From a virus: a DNA stretch of 64,000 nucleotides. The number at the start of each line of letters is the position of its first letter. Position 1 is the first letter of the stretch. The position numbers were made by a program, and so were the translations under genes. The notes below the pieces were generated by a model that was not told the origin of the DNA, made no database searches, and saw only the letters and a list, made by a program, of their open reading frames with translations. The DNA is taken from positions 11,643-75,642 of IMG/VR virus record IMGVR_UViG_3300027499_000005, one strand, 5' to 3'. Positions 6,794 through 14,118 of the stretch are shown piece after piece.

Positions 6794-7663
6794 ATGAACG
6801 CCAAGAATCGCAAGAACACCGAGAATACCCCGACGACCCGCCGCTTTCAGGCACTCTTCGATAGCGGGCTTTTGACCGACCGTGACCGCTCGTTCCTTGA
6901 TAGTCTGCTTTCTTCCTACAAGCGTTCGGGTTCGCTCACCGCTGGTCGCCGTCAAGCCTTGGAAAAGGTTGAGGCTCGCATCCAAGAAACGAGGAACAAC
7001 CCCGTTTCTGTCGATACCGCTACGGAAACGCGGCTCAATGGCCTTCTTTCGTCGGGTGCGTTGGATTCTTGGGCTACTACCTTTGTTTCCTCGCTCCTGT
7101 CGCAAGTGAAGGTTGGACGTACTCTTTCGGCTGCTCAAACTGCACACCTCGTCAAAATCGAAGGAAAGATCAAGGCTAACGCCGACTTTGCTTCGACCTA
7201 CGACGATGCCGCTCGTACCTTGTTTTCCAAGGCTGTCAACTACTACCGTTCTACCTCGTACTTCAGCGATGTTGTCGCTAAGCACGATTCGGACTCCTCT
7301 TTCGTCCCTCCTGCGATTGTTTTCGAGAAGATGACGAACAACCCCTACTTTCGGAAGGTTCTTGCTGCTATGGAAGAACCGGCAAAGTTCTCCGATGGGG
7401 ACATTGTGCGCCTTGGAACTTTGAGCGGGGAAAACGGGCGTTCGACTTGGGTCAGGATTAGGGAGGCTCGACGCGGCGATCTCGGCCAGTCGATGCACAC
7501 CTACGATAAGGCTGGTGCTACCGTCATTCGTGGCATGGTGCTGAAAAGCGAGGGAAATCCTGTCGTCTCGGCTGTCAAGGGCGGGAAGCAGTATTCGGTT
7601 CTCTTCTTTGGGGCTTCTACGCCGGTTTTGGTTGAGGAGCGTTGGCTTCGGCGTTCTAAGTGA
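6794..7663 (+). CDS. hypothetical protein (289 aa) with an internal repeat and a possible C-terminal SH3-like domain
   Basis: GGAG RBS; the segment FLDSLLSSYKRSGSLTAGRRQAL recurs as FVSSLLSQVKVGRTLSAAQTAHL; C-terminal FSDGDIVRL. Confidence 0.8.
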   Translation: MNAKNRKNTENTPTTRRFQALFDSGLLTDRDRSFLDSLLSSYKRSGSLTAGRRQALEKVEARIQETRNNPVSVDTATETRLNGLLSSGALDSWATTFVSSLLSQVKVGRTLSAAQTAHLVKIEGKIKANADFASTYDDAARTLFSKAVNYYRSTSYFSDVVAKHDSDSSFVPPAIVFEKMTNNPYFRKVLAAMEEPAKFSDGDIVRLGTLSGENGRSTWVRIREARRGDLGQSMHTYDKAGATVIRGMVLKSEGNPVVSAVKGGKQYSVLFFGASTPVLVEERWLRRSK

Positions 7664-7736
7664 ACAATCGCCAAATCGAACATTTTCGAACAAATGCGTT
7701 CGACGGCTTGACCGTCCGGCCCGGATGCGATAAGAT
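7662..7736 (+). promoter_or_regulatory. class II sigma70 promoter with TCGAACA upstream repeats
   Basis: TCGAACA at 7676 and 7686; TTGACC 7708, 17-nt spacer, TAAGAT 7731. Confidence 0.7.
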
Positions 7737-7775
7737 GTAGGGGTCGCTGATGATAGCGGCTAACGCGGGGTTCGC

Positions 7776-7853
7776 ATGGACAAGGCTCTTATGGTAGGTT
7801 CTCTCTCTCTTTCTCTTGTCTCTGGCTTCCTTTGCCTCTTTTGGGGCCTCTGA
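7776..7853 (+). CDS. 25-aa hydrophobic micropeptide
   Basis: MDKALMVGSLSLSLVSGFLCLFWGL; weak GGGG RBS. Confidence 0.45.
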   Translation: MDKALMVGSLSLSLVSGFLCLFWGL

Positions 7854-7887
7854 TTCACAAACCGACTAACTGATGAGGTATAACGTC

Positions 7888-8004
7888 ATGAACTTCACGA
7901 TCATCGCCATTTCCGGCTTTGTTTCTGCTCTTTCGGCTTTGGTGCTTGGCTCCATCGCTTTCGCAACCGTCGCCGAAATCGGCATTGTCCTTACCACCAT
8001 CTGA
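7888..8004 (+). CDS. 38-aa hydrophobic micropeptide
   Basis: MNFTIIAISGFVSALSALVLGSIAFATVAEIGIVLTTI; GAGG RBS. Confidence 0.55.
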   Translation: MNFTIIAISGFVSALSALVLGSIAFATVAEIGIVLTTI

Positions 8005-8017
8005 TAAGAGGGCTACA

Positions 8018-8104
8018 ATGGACCTTTTCGACCGTCTTTTCTTCACCGCTCTCGGCATGGCCGAGGTTGCTACTTTCGTCCTTGGCTTTGGAAGCATCTG
8101 CTGA
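8018..8104 (+). CDS. 28-aa hydrophobic micropeptide
   Basis: MDLFDRLFFTALGMAEVATFVLGFGSIC; GAGGG RBS. Confidence 0.55.
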   Translation: MDLFDRLFFTALGMAEVATFVLGFGSIC

Positions 8105-8134
8105 TAACCAAGGTCTAACCAACGTCAACGCGCC

Positions 8135-8230
8135 TTGACAATCGCTTGACAACTAAACGCTTGCGGACGACAACCGCCTAGGCTATAATGAATGGGTCAG
8201 CGGGTGATGGACACCCTACGGTCTGACTCA
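8135..8230 (+). promoter_or_regulatory. class I composite sigma70 promoter, copy 5
   Basis: TTGACA 8135, TTGACA 8146, TTGCGG 8161, 17-nt spacer, TATAAT 8184. Confidence 0.85.
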
Positions 8231-8290
8231 CGGGACAAACGGCAATGTCGCCGTCCCCATCCAAAACAACGTAGTTTCCGAGGTTCTAAC

Positions 8291-9448
8291 ATGGCTATCG
8301 ACTTCTCCACCGCTTCCAAGGCTCTTCCCTACGTCGCAGCGGCGCGTCATCCTATCCTTTGGCGCGGTCGTCACGGTATCGGCAAGTCTGAGGCTATCAA
8401 GGCTTTTGCCGCTTCTATCGGGCTTCCCATCGTTGAGCGTCGCGCCGCACAGTTGCAGGAAGGCGACCTTTTGGGGCTTCCTTCGCCCACTATGGTTGAG
8501 GTCAACGGCGTTGAGGCTGCACAGTTGCGCCCCTTCGCGTGGCTTATCAAGGCTTGCACCGAGCCTGTCGTTCTCTTTCTTGACGAGGTTGATCGCGGCA
8601 CTTCCGAGGTTCGTCAAGGTATCTTCCAACTTTGCGATTCTCGCACGGTTGGCGATTGGCGGCTTCACCCCGACACTATCATCGTTGCAGCCGTGAACGG
8701 CGGCGAGAATGCCTCCGAGTACCAAGTTGGCGAGATGGATCCTGCGGAGTTGGACCGCTACACGACTTTTGACGTTGCTCCGTCCGTTGACGATTGGCTT
8801 TCGTGGGCCGGTGGCGAGAACGATGCTTCGTCCGTTGCTTCTGCCTTCGCAGCCATTCGCTCGTCGGTTGACAGCCGCGATAAGTCCGGTTCGCCCATCG
8901 ATTCGCTGATTGTGGACTTCATTCGTCAGAATCCGTCGCACTTGGAACACCGCGATACCTTCGAGCCTAACAAGGTTTACCCGTCGCGCCGTTCTTGGAA
9001 GCGTCTGAGCGATACGCTGGTTGCAGGCCGTCTTTTGGACGATGCCAAGGCTAACCGTGGTCTTATCGCTTGCCTTACCACCGCATACGTCGGGTTGGAG
9101 GCTTCTGTCGCATTCTCCGACTTCGCGGCCAACTATGAGCGTCAGGTGACTGCCGAGGAGATTATCAATGCCGGAAAGTTGGCTCGCGTGGCCGACTTTG
9201 GCGTGGTCGAGCATACCGCGCTTGTCGGTAAGATGAAGGATTCGGGTATCTTCAAGAGCGTGCTTTCCCCTGCACAGTTGAAGAACTTGGCGAACTACAT
9301 CACTCTTCTTCCTTCCGAGGTTGCAATGGTGCTTTTCGCTCACATCCCTGTCGCTGGCGATACCGGTCCTGCGAACATCGGCGCACTCTACAAGACTAAG
9401 GCCGACAATGGCAAGACCGTGCGTGAGTTCATCGTGAGCCTCATGTGA
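8291..9448 (+). CDS. MoxR-type AAA+ ATPase
   Basis: Walker A GRHGIGKS, Walker B LFLDEVDR, MDPAELDRY and PSRRSW motifs; GAGG RBS. Confidence 0.9.
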   Translation: MAIDFSTASKALPYVAAARHPILWRGRHGIGKSEAIKAFAASIGLPIVERRAAQLQEGDLLGLPSPTMVEVNGVEAAQLRPFAWLIKACTEPVVLFLDEVDRGTSEVRQGIFQLCDSRTVGDWRLHPDTIIVAAVNGGENASEYQVGEMDPAELDRYTTFDVAPSVDDWLSWAGGENDASSVASAFAAIRSSVDSRDKSGSPIDSLIVDFIRQNPSHLEHRDTFEPNKVYPSRRSWKRLSDTLVAGRLLDDAKANRGLIACLTTAYVGLEASVAFSDFAANYERQVTAEEIINAGKLARVADFGVVEHTALVGKMKDSGIFKSVLSPAQLKNLANYITLLPSEVAMVLFAHIPVAGDTGPANIGALYKTKADNGKTVREFIVSLM

Positions 9449-9470
9449 TAAGCGGCGACCAACGCCCACT

Positions 9471-9501
9471 AAGCCCAGCCTAACCCGCTGGGCTTTCTTT
9501 T
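9471..9501 (+). terminator. intrinsic terminator
   Basis: AAGCCCAGC-N7-GCTGGGCTT followed by TCTTTT. Confidence 0.85.
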
Positions 9502-9550
9502 ATCCACGTTCTTCCTCGATAGTACTACGCTTGTCAGAACCCGAGTTTAG

Positions 9551-9990
9551 CAAGGAGATAGCTGGTCTTTCGGGTACCAACGGAGAGGCATCTAGCAGCC
9601 GTTCTGAGCGAGCCTAGACGCTAGGGCTACCGTGAGCCACCTAGGCCACCCTAACGCGCTCCTAGAGCCGTTCTAGCCCGTCCTGCGGCGGTTCCCGCCC
9701 TAGCCTTGACGCTCGCCGTTCTAGCCGCTGGACGTTGACGCCGCCACCGACGACTGATAACTATTCAGGATCTACCTTGCATAGAACCAAGCCCTCTAGG
9801 ACTGCAAACTGCAAAGGATAAAGCCTGACTTTGGAGTACCAACGGAGAGGCGTCTGACAGACGTTTGGAGCGATCCTCGACGCTAGGGCTATCATGAGTC
9901 ACCCGAGCGTCTAGGGCGTCTGCTAGGGCCGTCTGAGAGCGTTTTATAACGTGTCCTGCGGTTGTTCGGGCTAGCCGTCAACCTCGCCAC
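9551..9990. repeat. imperfect direct repeat (period 262 bp) in a CTAG-rich non-coding spacer
   Basis: 68-nt cores at 9574 and 9836 match at 57/68 positions; 13 CTAG sites in 9592-9974. Confidence 0.85.
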
Positions 9991-10090
9991 CGAGCCAGCA
10001 GCACCAATGGAGCAACGCCGATTTTCAGGGTTCACAAACGCTTGACAACCCCTTTGCTCGTCCACCTAAACCAAAGACAAGGAAGGAAGG

Positions 10091-10166
10091 GAACAATAAC
10101 CAAATCGAACAACTTCGAACAATCGCTCCCGGCTTCCTTGACGCTGCGAGCGTAGCCGGTTACATT
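10091..10166 (+). promoter_or_regulatory. class II sigma70 promoter with TCGAACA upstream repeats
   Basis: TCGAACA at 10105 and 10115; TTGACG 10138, 17-nt spacer, TACATT 10161. Confidence 0.7.
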
Positions 10167-10226
10167 ATGGGGGACGGTAATCCTTCCGTTATTCGCGGCT
10201 CAACCAAACAACCAAGGTACAAACTG

Positions 10227-11528
10227 ATGACCGCAACTTCTCCTGCTCCTATGCCGACTTTCGACATGAACCTGCACATTCACAAACTCATGCTGAAAGA
10301 GCCGTTTTTCGCCGCTATTTCGCGACGCATGAACAAGGTCGCTACTACCTCCATTCCTACCGCTGGCGTCCGTGTCAACCCCGATTCGCTCGCGTTGGAA
10401 ATGGCTTACAACCCTGCTTTCTTCAACCGGCTTGTGGCGGAACACGCTGATTTTGTCGGTTCTATGAAGGTTAAGGAACGCAAGGCTTACGCTTCTGCTC
10501 ACCCCGGCGATAATGGCGAGGTTGATCCTTACGTTTGGGTGCGTGGCGTCCTGTTGCATGAGTTGTATCACATTGTCTTTGGTCACATTACCGAGCGTTT
10601 GCCCGATGGTACCATGACTAAGAAGTGGAACCATGCGACGGACCTTGCTATCAATAGCAACCTTCAAGGTCAACTTCCGTCGTACTGCCTCATGCCCGGT
10701 GTTGGCGAATACGCTGATTTGCCCCTTGGCAAGTCGGCTGAGTTCTATTTCCGTTCCATCGTGGACCCCGAGGAGAAAAGCAAGGATCAAAGCCAACAAG
10801 GTCAAGGTCAGCAGGGTCAAGGTGATGGTCAAAATGAAGGTCAAATCGATGACCATTCCGGTTGGGGCGACCTTCCCGACGACGTAAAGGACGCTGCAAA
10901 GGAAGCAATGCGTCAGATTACGGAGCAAGCGGTCAATGAGGCAAACGGCAACTCGCAAGGTTGGGGGTCGGTTTCTGCTTCTATGCGTGAAAAGATCCTT
11001 GATTCTATCCGTGTCAAGGTTAACTGGCGCGCACACTTGCGTTATTTCGTAAAGACCTCGATGAAGGCCGATAAGCGCACTTCTATCTTCCGTATCAATA
11101 AGCGGTTTCAGTACGTTCATCCGGGAAAGAAGGCTAGCCGTACTGCTAAGATTGCAATCTCTATCGACCAGTCGGGTTCGGTGGATGATGGGCTTCTTAC
11201 TGCCTTTTTCTCGCAACTGGATTCCCTCGCTCAGATTGCGGAGTTCACGGTTGTTCCCTTTGATACTCACGTTGACGATTCCAAGGTTTACGTTTGGAAG
11301 AAGGGCCAACATCGCAAGGTTGAACGTGTGCTTTGCGGTGGCACCGACTTCAATGCGCCCACCAAGTGGGTCAATGAACGCAACTTTGATGGTCACATCA
11401 TTTTGACCGATTTGGAGGCCCCTATTCCGGTGTCCAGTAAGTGTCAGCGTATGTGGATGACGGATAAGTCCTGCTACAACCGTCGTTCCTTCAACATCAA
11501 TGAGCGAATCATCGTTATCGAAGGATAA
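10227..11528 (+). CDS. metallopeptidase-like + vWA domain protein (DUF2201-type MoxR partner)
   Basis: LLHELYH (HExxH), WNHATDLAINS, Q/G-rich linker, MIDAS IDQSGSV, GGTDF, ILTDL. Confidence 0.88.
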   Translation: MTATSPAPMPTFDMNLHIHKLMLKEPFFAAISRRMNKVATTSIPTAGVRVNPDSLALEMAYNPAFFNRLVAEHADFVGSMKVKERKAYASAHPGDNGEVDPYVWVRGVLLHELYHIVFGHITERLPDGTMTKKWNHATDLAINSNLQGQLPSYCLMPGVGEYADLPLGKSAEFYFRSIVDPEEKSKDQSQQGQGQQGQGDGQNEGQIDDHSGWGDLPDDVKDAAKEAMRQITEQAVNEANGNSQGWGSVSASMREKILDSIRVKVNWRAHLRYFVKTSMKADKRTSIFRINKRFQYVHPGKKASRTAKIAISIDQSGSVDDGLLTAFFSQLDSLAQIAEFTVVPFDTHVDDSKVYVWKKGQHRKVERVLCGGTDFNAPTKWVNERNFDGHIILTDLEAPIPVSSKCQRMWMTDKSCYNRRSFNINERIIVIEG

Positions 11529-11582
11529 CGGTGGTTCCCTCGTTTTCGAAGAGGCAACATTGCGACAATCAAGGGCAAAACT

Positions 11583-11798
11583 ATGAGGTATAAGAAAGGC
11601 ACCTTGCTCCGTGGTATCTCAAACGAGTATACTGAAAACTTCGTTTTGATCGAGAGTTACGGAATGCATAAGTCAGACGTTTCCGGTAATGAAGCACCAA
11701 TCTATCATTTTTTTATCTTGGATGAAAACATGAAACGAGATTGGCACTACGCTACCTACGTTGAGTCAGATAACGTCTTTGTTCAGGTTGTACCATGA
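11583..11798 (+). CDS. SH3/KOW-like array gene 1
   Basis: MRYKKGTLL... Confidence 0.75.
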   Translation: MRYKKGTLLRGISNEYTENFVLIESYGMHKSDVSGNEAPIYHFFILDENMKRDWHYATYVESDNVFVQVVP

Positions 11799-12010
11799 CT
11801 TCTCCTAGGTTTGAGCCAAATGATTTGGTAAAACTCCAAGAATGTGTTGCAGATAAGAGATCCGTCGAGAGACTAGGAACAAAGGTGTTTATGGTCATTC
11901 AGCATGGAACGGAACAAAACGAGAATCTATGCCTGCTTCGAACAATCGGAGGACCGTATGATGGAAAGACCAAGATGATTCACTATTCTTTACTAACCCA
12001 CATCGAATAA
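11795..12010 (+). CDS. SH3/KOW-like array gene 2
   Basis: PRFEPNDLVKL; ATGA overlap. Confidence 0.75.
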   Translation: MTSPRFEPNDLVKLQECVADKRSVERLGTKVFMVIQHGTEQNENLCLLRTIGGPYDGKTKMIHYSLLTHIE

Positions 12011-12031
12011 ACGAAAGCCAAGGTTGAAAGC

Positions 12032-12214
12032 ATGAAATACGAAGTTGGCGATTTGGTTGCATGGAACTACAAAGAAGGCAAAGATGATTACTTCATCATT
12101 ACAGGCATTAGCACGGATGAAATGACGTACTGGCTCAGATACATTGATAGTGGAAAGGAAACATTCGAACCAACCTCAACTTTTTTCGAAGAAGCCACAA
12201 GCAAGATAGGATAA
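12032..12214 (+). CDS. SH3/KOW-like array gene 3
   Basis: MKYEVGDLV...YIDSGK...SKIG*. Confidence 0.8.
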   Translation: MKYEVGDLVAWNYKEGKDDYFIITGISTDEMTYWLRYIDSGKETFEPTSTFFEEATSKIG

Positions 12215-12217
12215 GCA

Positions 12218-12430
12218 ATGCGAAGGCAGAACAGCCGAAAGCCCAGGTTCAAGGTCGGTGATTTGCTCTACGGGGAGCCGCACCATGCGCCTGAGGGACG
12301 CTACATCATCATTACCAAGGTTGAATCTAGGTCTACCAACAGCCTTTATCATTTTCGCGAAATAGCCAATAATAAGAGTGTTTATTGGCTTTGTTCGGAC
12401 ATTGAGCGAACCTACGAAATGATAGGATGA
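12218..12430 (+). CDS. SH3/KOW-like array gene 4
   Basis: PRFKVGDLL...EMIG*. Confidence 0.8.
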   Translation: MRRQNSRKPRFKVGDLLYGEPHHAPEGRYIIITKVESRSTNSLYHFREIANNKSVYWLCSDIERTYEMIG

Positions 12431-12434
12431 ACGG

Positions 12435-12647
12435 ATGAAATACCAAAAAGGCGACATTGTAAAGTGGAGCGATTATGCCTTCGATCCCAAAGAAAACATC
12501 ATGATCGTTAACGAGGTTGTACCCATTGATTCTATCAGCCGATCCGGCACGGAACAATACTATTACAGATACACATACCTTGAAACAGGAAGGCAAGATT
12601 CGTACATGGGTACCCTCTACGAAAGCGACACCTTTCTAATGGCATAA
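12435..12647 (+). CDS. SH3/KOW-like array gene 5
   Basis: MKYQKGDIV...YLETGR. Confidence 0.8.
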   Translation: MKYQKGDIVKWSDYAFDPKENIMIVNEVVPIDSISRSGTEQYYYRYTYLETGRQDSYMGTLYESDTFLMA

Positions 12648-12662
12648 ACCAAGGAACAAAGC

Positions 12663-12866
12663 ATGAAATACCAAGTCGGTGATTTGCTTTTTGTAGAAGC
12701 AGGAAGTTGGCTTCCCAAAACTCCCGAAGAATTTTACATTGTCAAGTGCATTGATCACAGCGACGACGAAGAAGAATACTCTTACATTCTTCACAGCATA
12801 ACACACAGCGAAACAGAATACATAAACAAGCATTGGGTTGAGCGTTGGTGTAATAAGGTAGGTTGA
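12663..12866 (+). CDS. SH3/KOW-like array gene 6
   Basis: MKYQVGDLL...NKVG*. Confidence 0.8.
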   Translation: MKYQVGDLLFVEAGSWLPKTPEEFYIVKCIDHSDDEEEYSYILHSITHSETEYINKHWVERWCNKVG

Positions 12867-12869
12867 ACC

Positions 12870-13064
12870 ATGAGTTTTCAGAAGGGCGATCTTCTTTACA
12901 TTCCAGAATTGAGGAAATACCCAGCAGAATACGTTTTGATTATTGAGGCAAATATGCTGGAAGGCACTTTTGCCGGTTCATATTCCGTTTTCAGCCTAAC
13001 AGAAAACAGGAAAGATTATTATAACGCCGAATGGCTGGACAACAAAGCAAAGAAGATAGGATGA
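12870..13064 (+). CDS. SH3/KOW-like array gene 7
   Basis: MSFQKGDLL...KKIG*. Confidence 0.8.
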   Translation: MSFQKGDLLYIPELRKYPAEYVLIIEANMLEGTFAGSYSVFSLTENRKDYYNAEWLDNKAKKIG

Positions 13065-13068
13065 AAGC

Positions 13069-13266
13069 ATGAAATATCAAATTGGCGATTTGGTGAAATA
13101 CAGAGACGACATTCTAATCATAACGGGAGTTGTTTCTTACAAAGGCGACCCTACCTATGCTGAGTTTTATTACACCTACACAAACATTACCACAACCATA
13201 CATCATCTAAAACGAGGCAAGTATACAGAAAATTTCTTGGATCTTATGAGTGAAAAGATAGGATGA
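13069..13266 (+). CDS. SH3/KOW-like array gene 8
   Basis: MKYQIGDLV...EKIG*. Confidence 0.8.
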   Translation: MKYQIGDLVKYRDDILIITGVVSYKGDPTYAEFYYTYTNITTTIHHLKRGKYTENFLDLMSEKIG

Positions 13267-13270
13267 AAGT

Positions 13271-13477
13271 ATGAAATATCAAAAAGGCGATTTGCTAATG
13301 TGGATCGATGATAACGTCATTATCAGAGACAACTACAAAGAAAGATACATGATAATAATCCAGCATGATATAATCAAAAGCGGCGGAGGTTATTATACCT
13401 ATCGCTACATTGATACAGGAAGGAAAGATGGATACATCGATCAACTCTTGGAACAAGCAACGCAAAAGGTAGGATGA
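13271..13477 (+). CDS. SH3/KOW-like array gene 9
   Basis: MKYQKGDLL...YIDTGR...QKVG*. Confidence 0.8.
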   Translation: MKYQKGDLLMWIDDNVIIRDNYKERYMIIIQHDIIKSGGGYYTYRYIDTGRKDGYIDQLLEQATQKVG

Positions 13478-13481
13478 ACGG

Positions 13482-13703
13482 ATGAAATACCAAAAGGGGG
13501 ATTTGATCGAGATTATCGAAAACATTCCCGGATTGTTCCCTTACAAGGGTCTTGCCCTTATTGTGCGAGCAGTAAAGGTTGATACTATGGGCGGAATTTA
13601 CTATTTCCGTCGTTTGAGTAAGATCGCCCAGGATGATTTTGTGGAAGGTAGTTATTGGGGCCAGTTCATCGATGATCCCGAATATGTGAGGATGATCCAA
13701 TGA
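13482..13703 (+). CDS. SH3/KOW-like array gene 10
   Basis: MKYQKGDLIEI...GLALIVRAV. Confidence 0.8.
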   Translation: MKYQKGDLIEIIENIPGLFPYKGLALIVRAVKVDTMGGIYYFRRLSKIAQDDFVEGSYWGQFIDDPEYVRMIQ

Positions 13704-13915
13704 GATACCAAAAGGGCGACTTGGTTATTTGGAAGCATGAAGTTCTCAAACCCGCCAAAGGCAACGAAAGAATCATGATCGTCACAAATGCAAAAAGCAG
13801 CACAACCAAATACGGCTTTGGCATTTATGAATACATGTATTTGGAAACAGGAAGAACAGATCATTATGTTGATCACTCTTACGAATCCGACACAAAACTT
13901 TTGGAAGAACAATGA
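13700..13915 (+). CDS. SH3/KOW-like array gene 11
   Basis: MRYQKGDLV...YLETGR; ATGA overlap. Confidence 0.8.
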   Translation: MRYQKGDLVIWKHEVLKPAKGNERIMIVTNAKSSTTKYGFGIYEYMYLETGRTDHYVDHSYESDTKLLEEQ

Positions 13916-14118
13916 AATACCAAAAGGGCGATCTTGTAAGGTTCAAAGAACCCAGCCGATCTAACTTACCAGAACGCATTATGCTTATTACAAGCATCAT
14001 TGATGAAGTATATACGATTCCCTACGGCGAAGGCTACAAATACAGGTTTCTCGATTCAGGTAGAGAAGAAATGTGTACCAAAGCCACTTTTGAGAAGATA
14101 ACCGAAATGATAGGTTGA
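13912..14118 (+). CDS. SH3/KOW-like array gene 12
   Basis: MKYQKGDLV...FLDSGR...EMIG*. Confidence 0.8.
   Translation: MKYQKGDLVRFKEPSRSNLPERIMLITSIIDEVYTIPYGEGYKYRFLDSGREEMCTKATFEKITEMIG

Noticed and set aside
7676-7703. LexA/SOS box reading of TCGAAC-N6-GTTCGA and GAAC-N6-GAAC
   Set aside because: Spacing differs from the Firmicute/actinobacterial CGAAC-N4-GTTCG box and the alphaproteobacterial GAAC-N7-GAAC box. The inverted half is absent from the 10091 copy.
4875-11396. Long minus-strand ORFs (4875-5753, 6743-7693, 8228-9469, 10200-11396)
   Set aside because: All are in exact codon register with well-supported plus-strand genes and show no recognisable motifs. They are shadows caused by avoidance of TTA/CTA/TCA codons.
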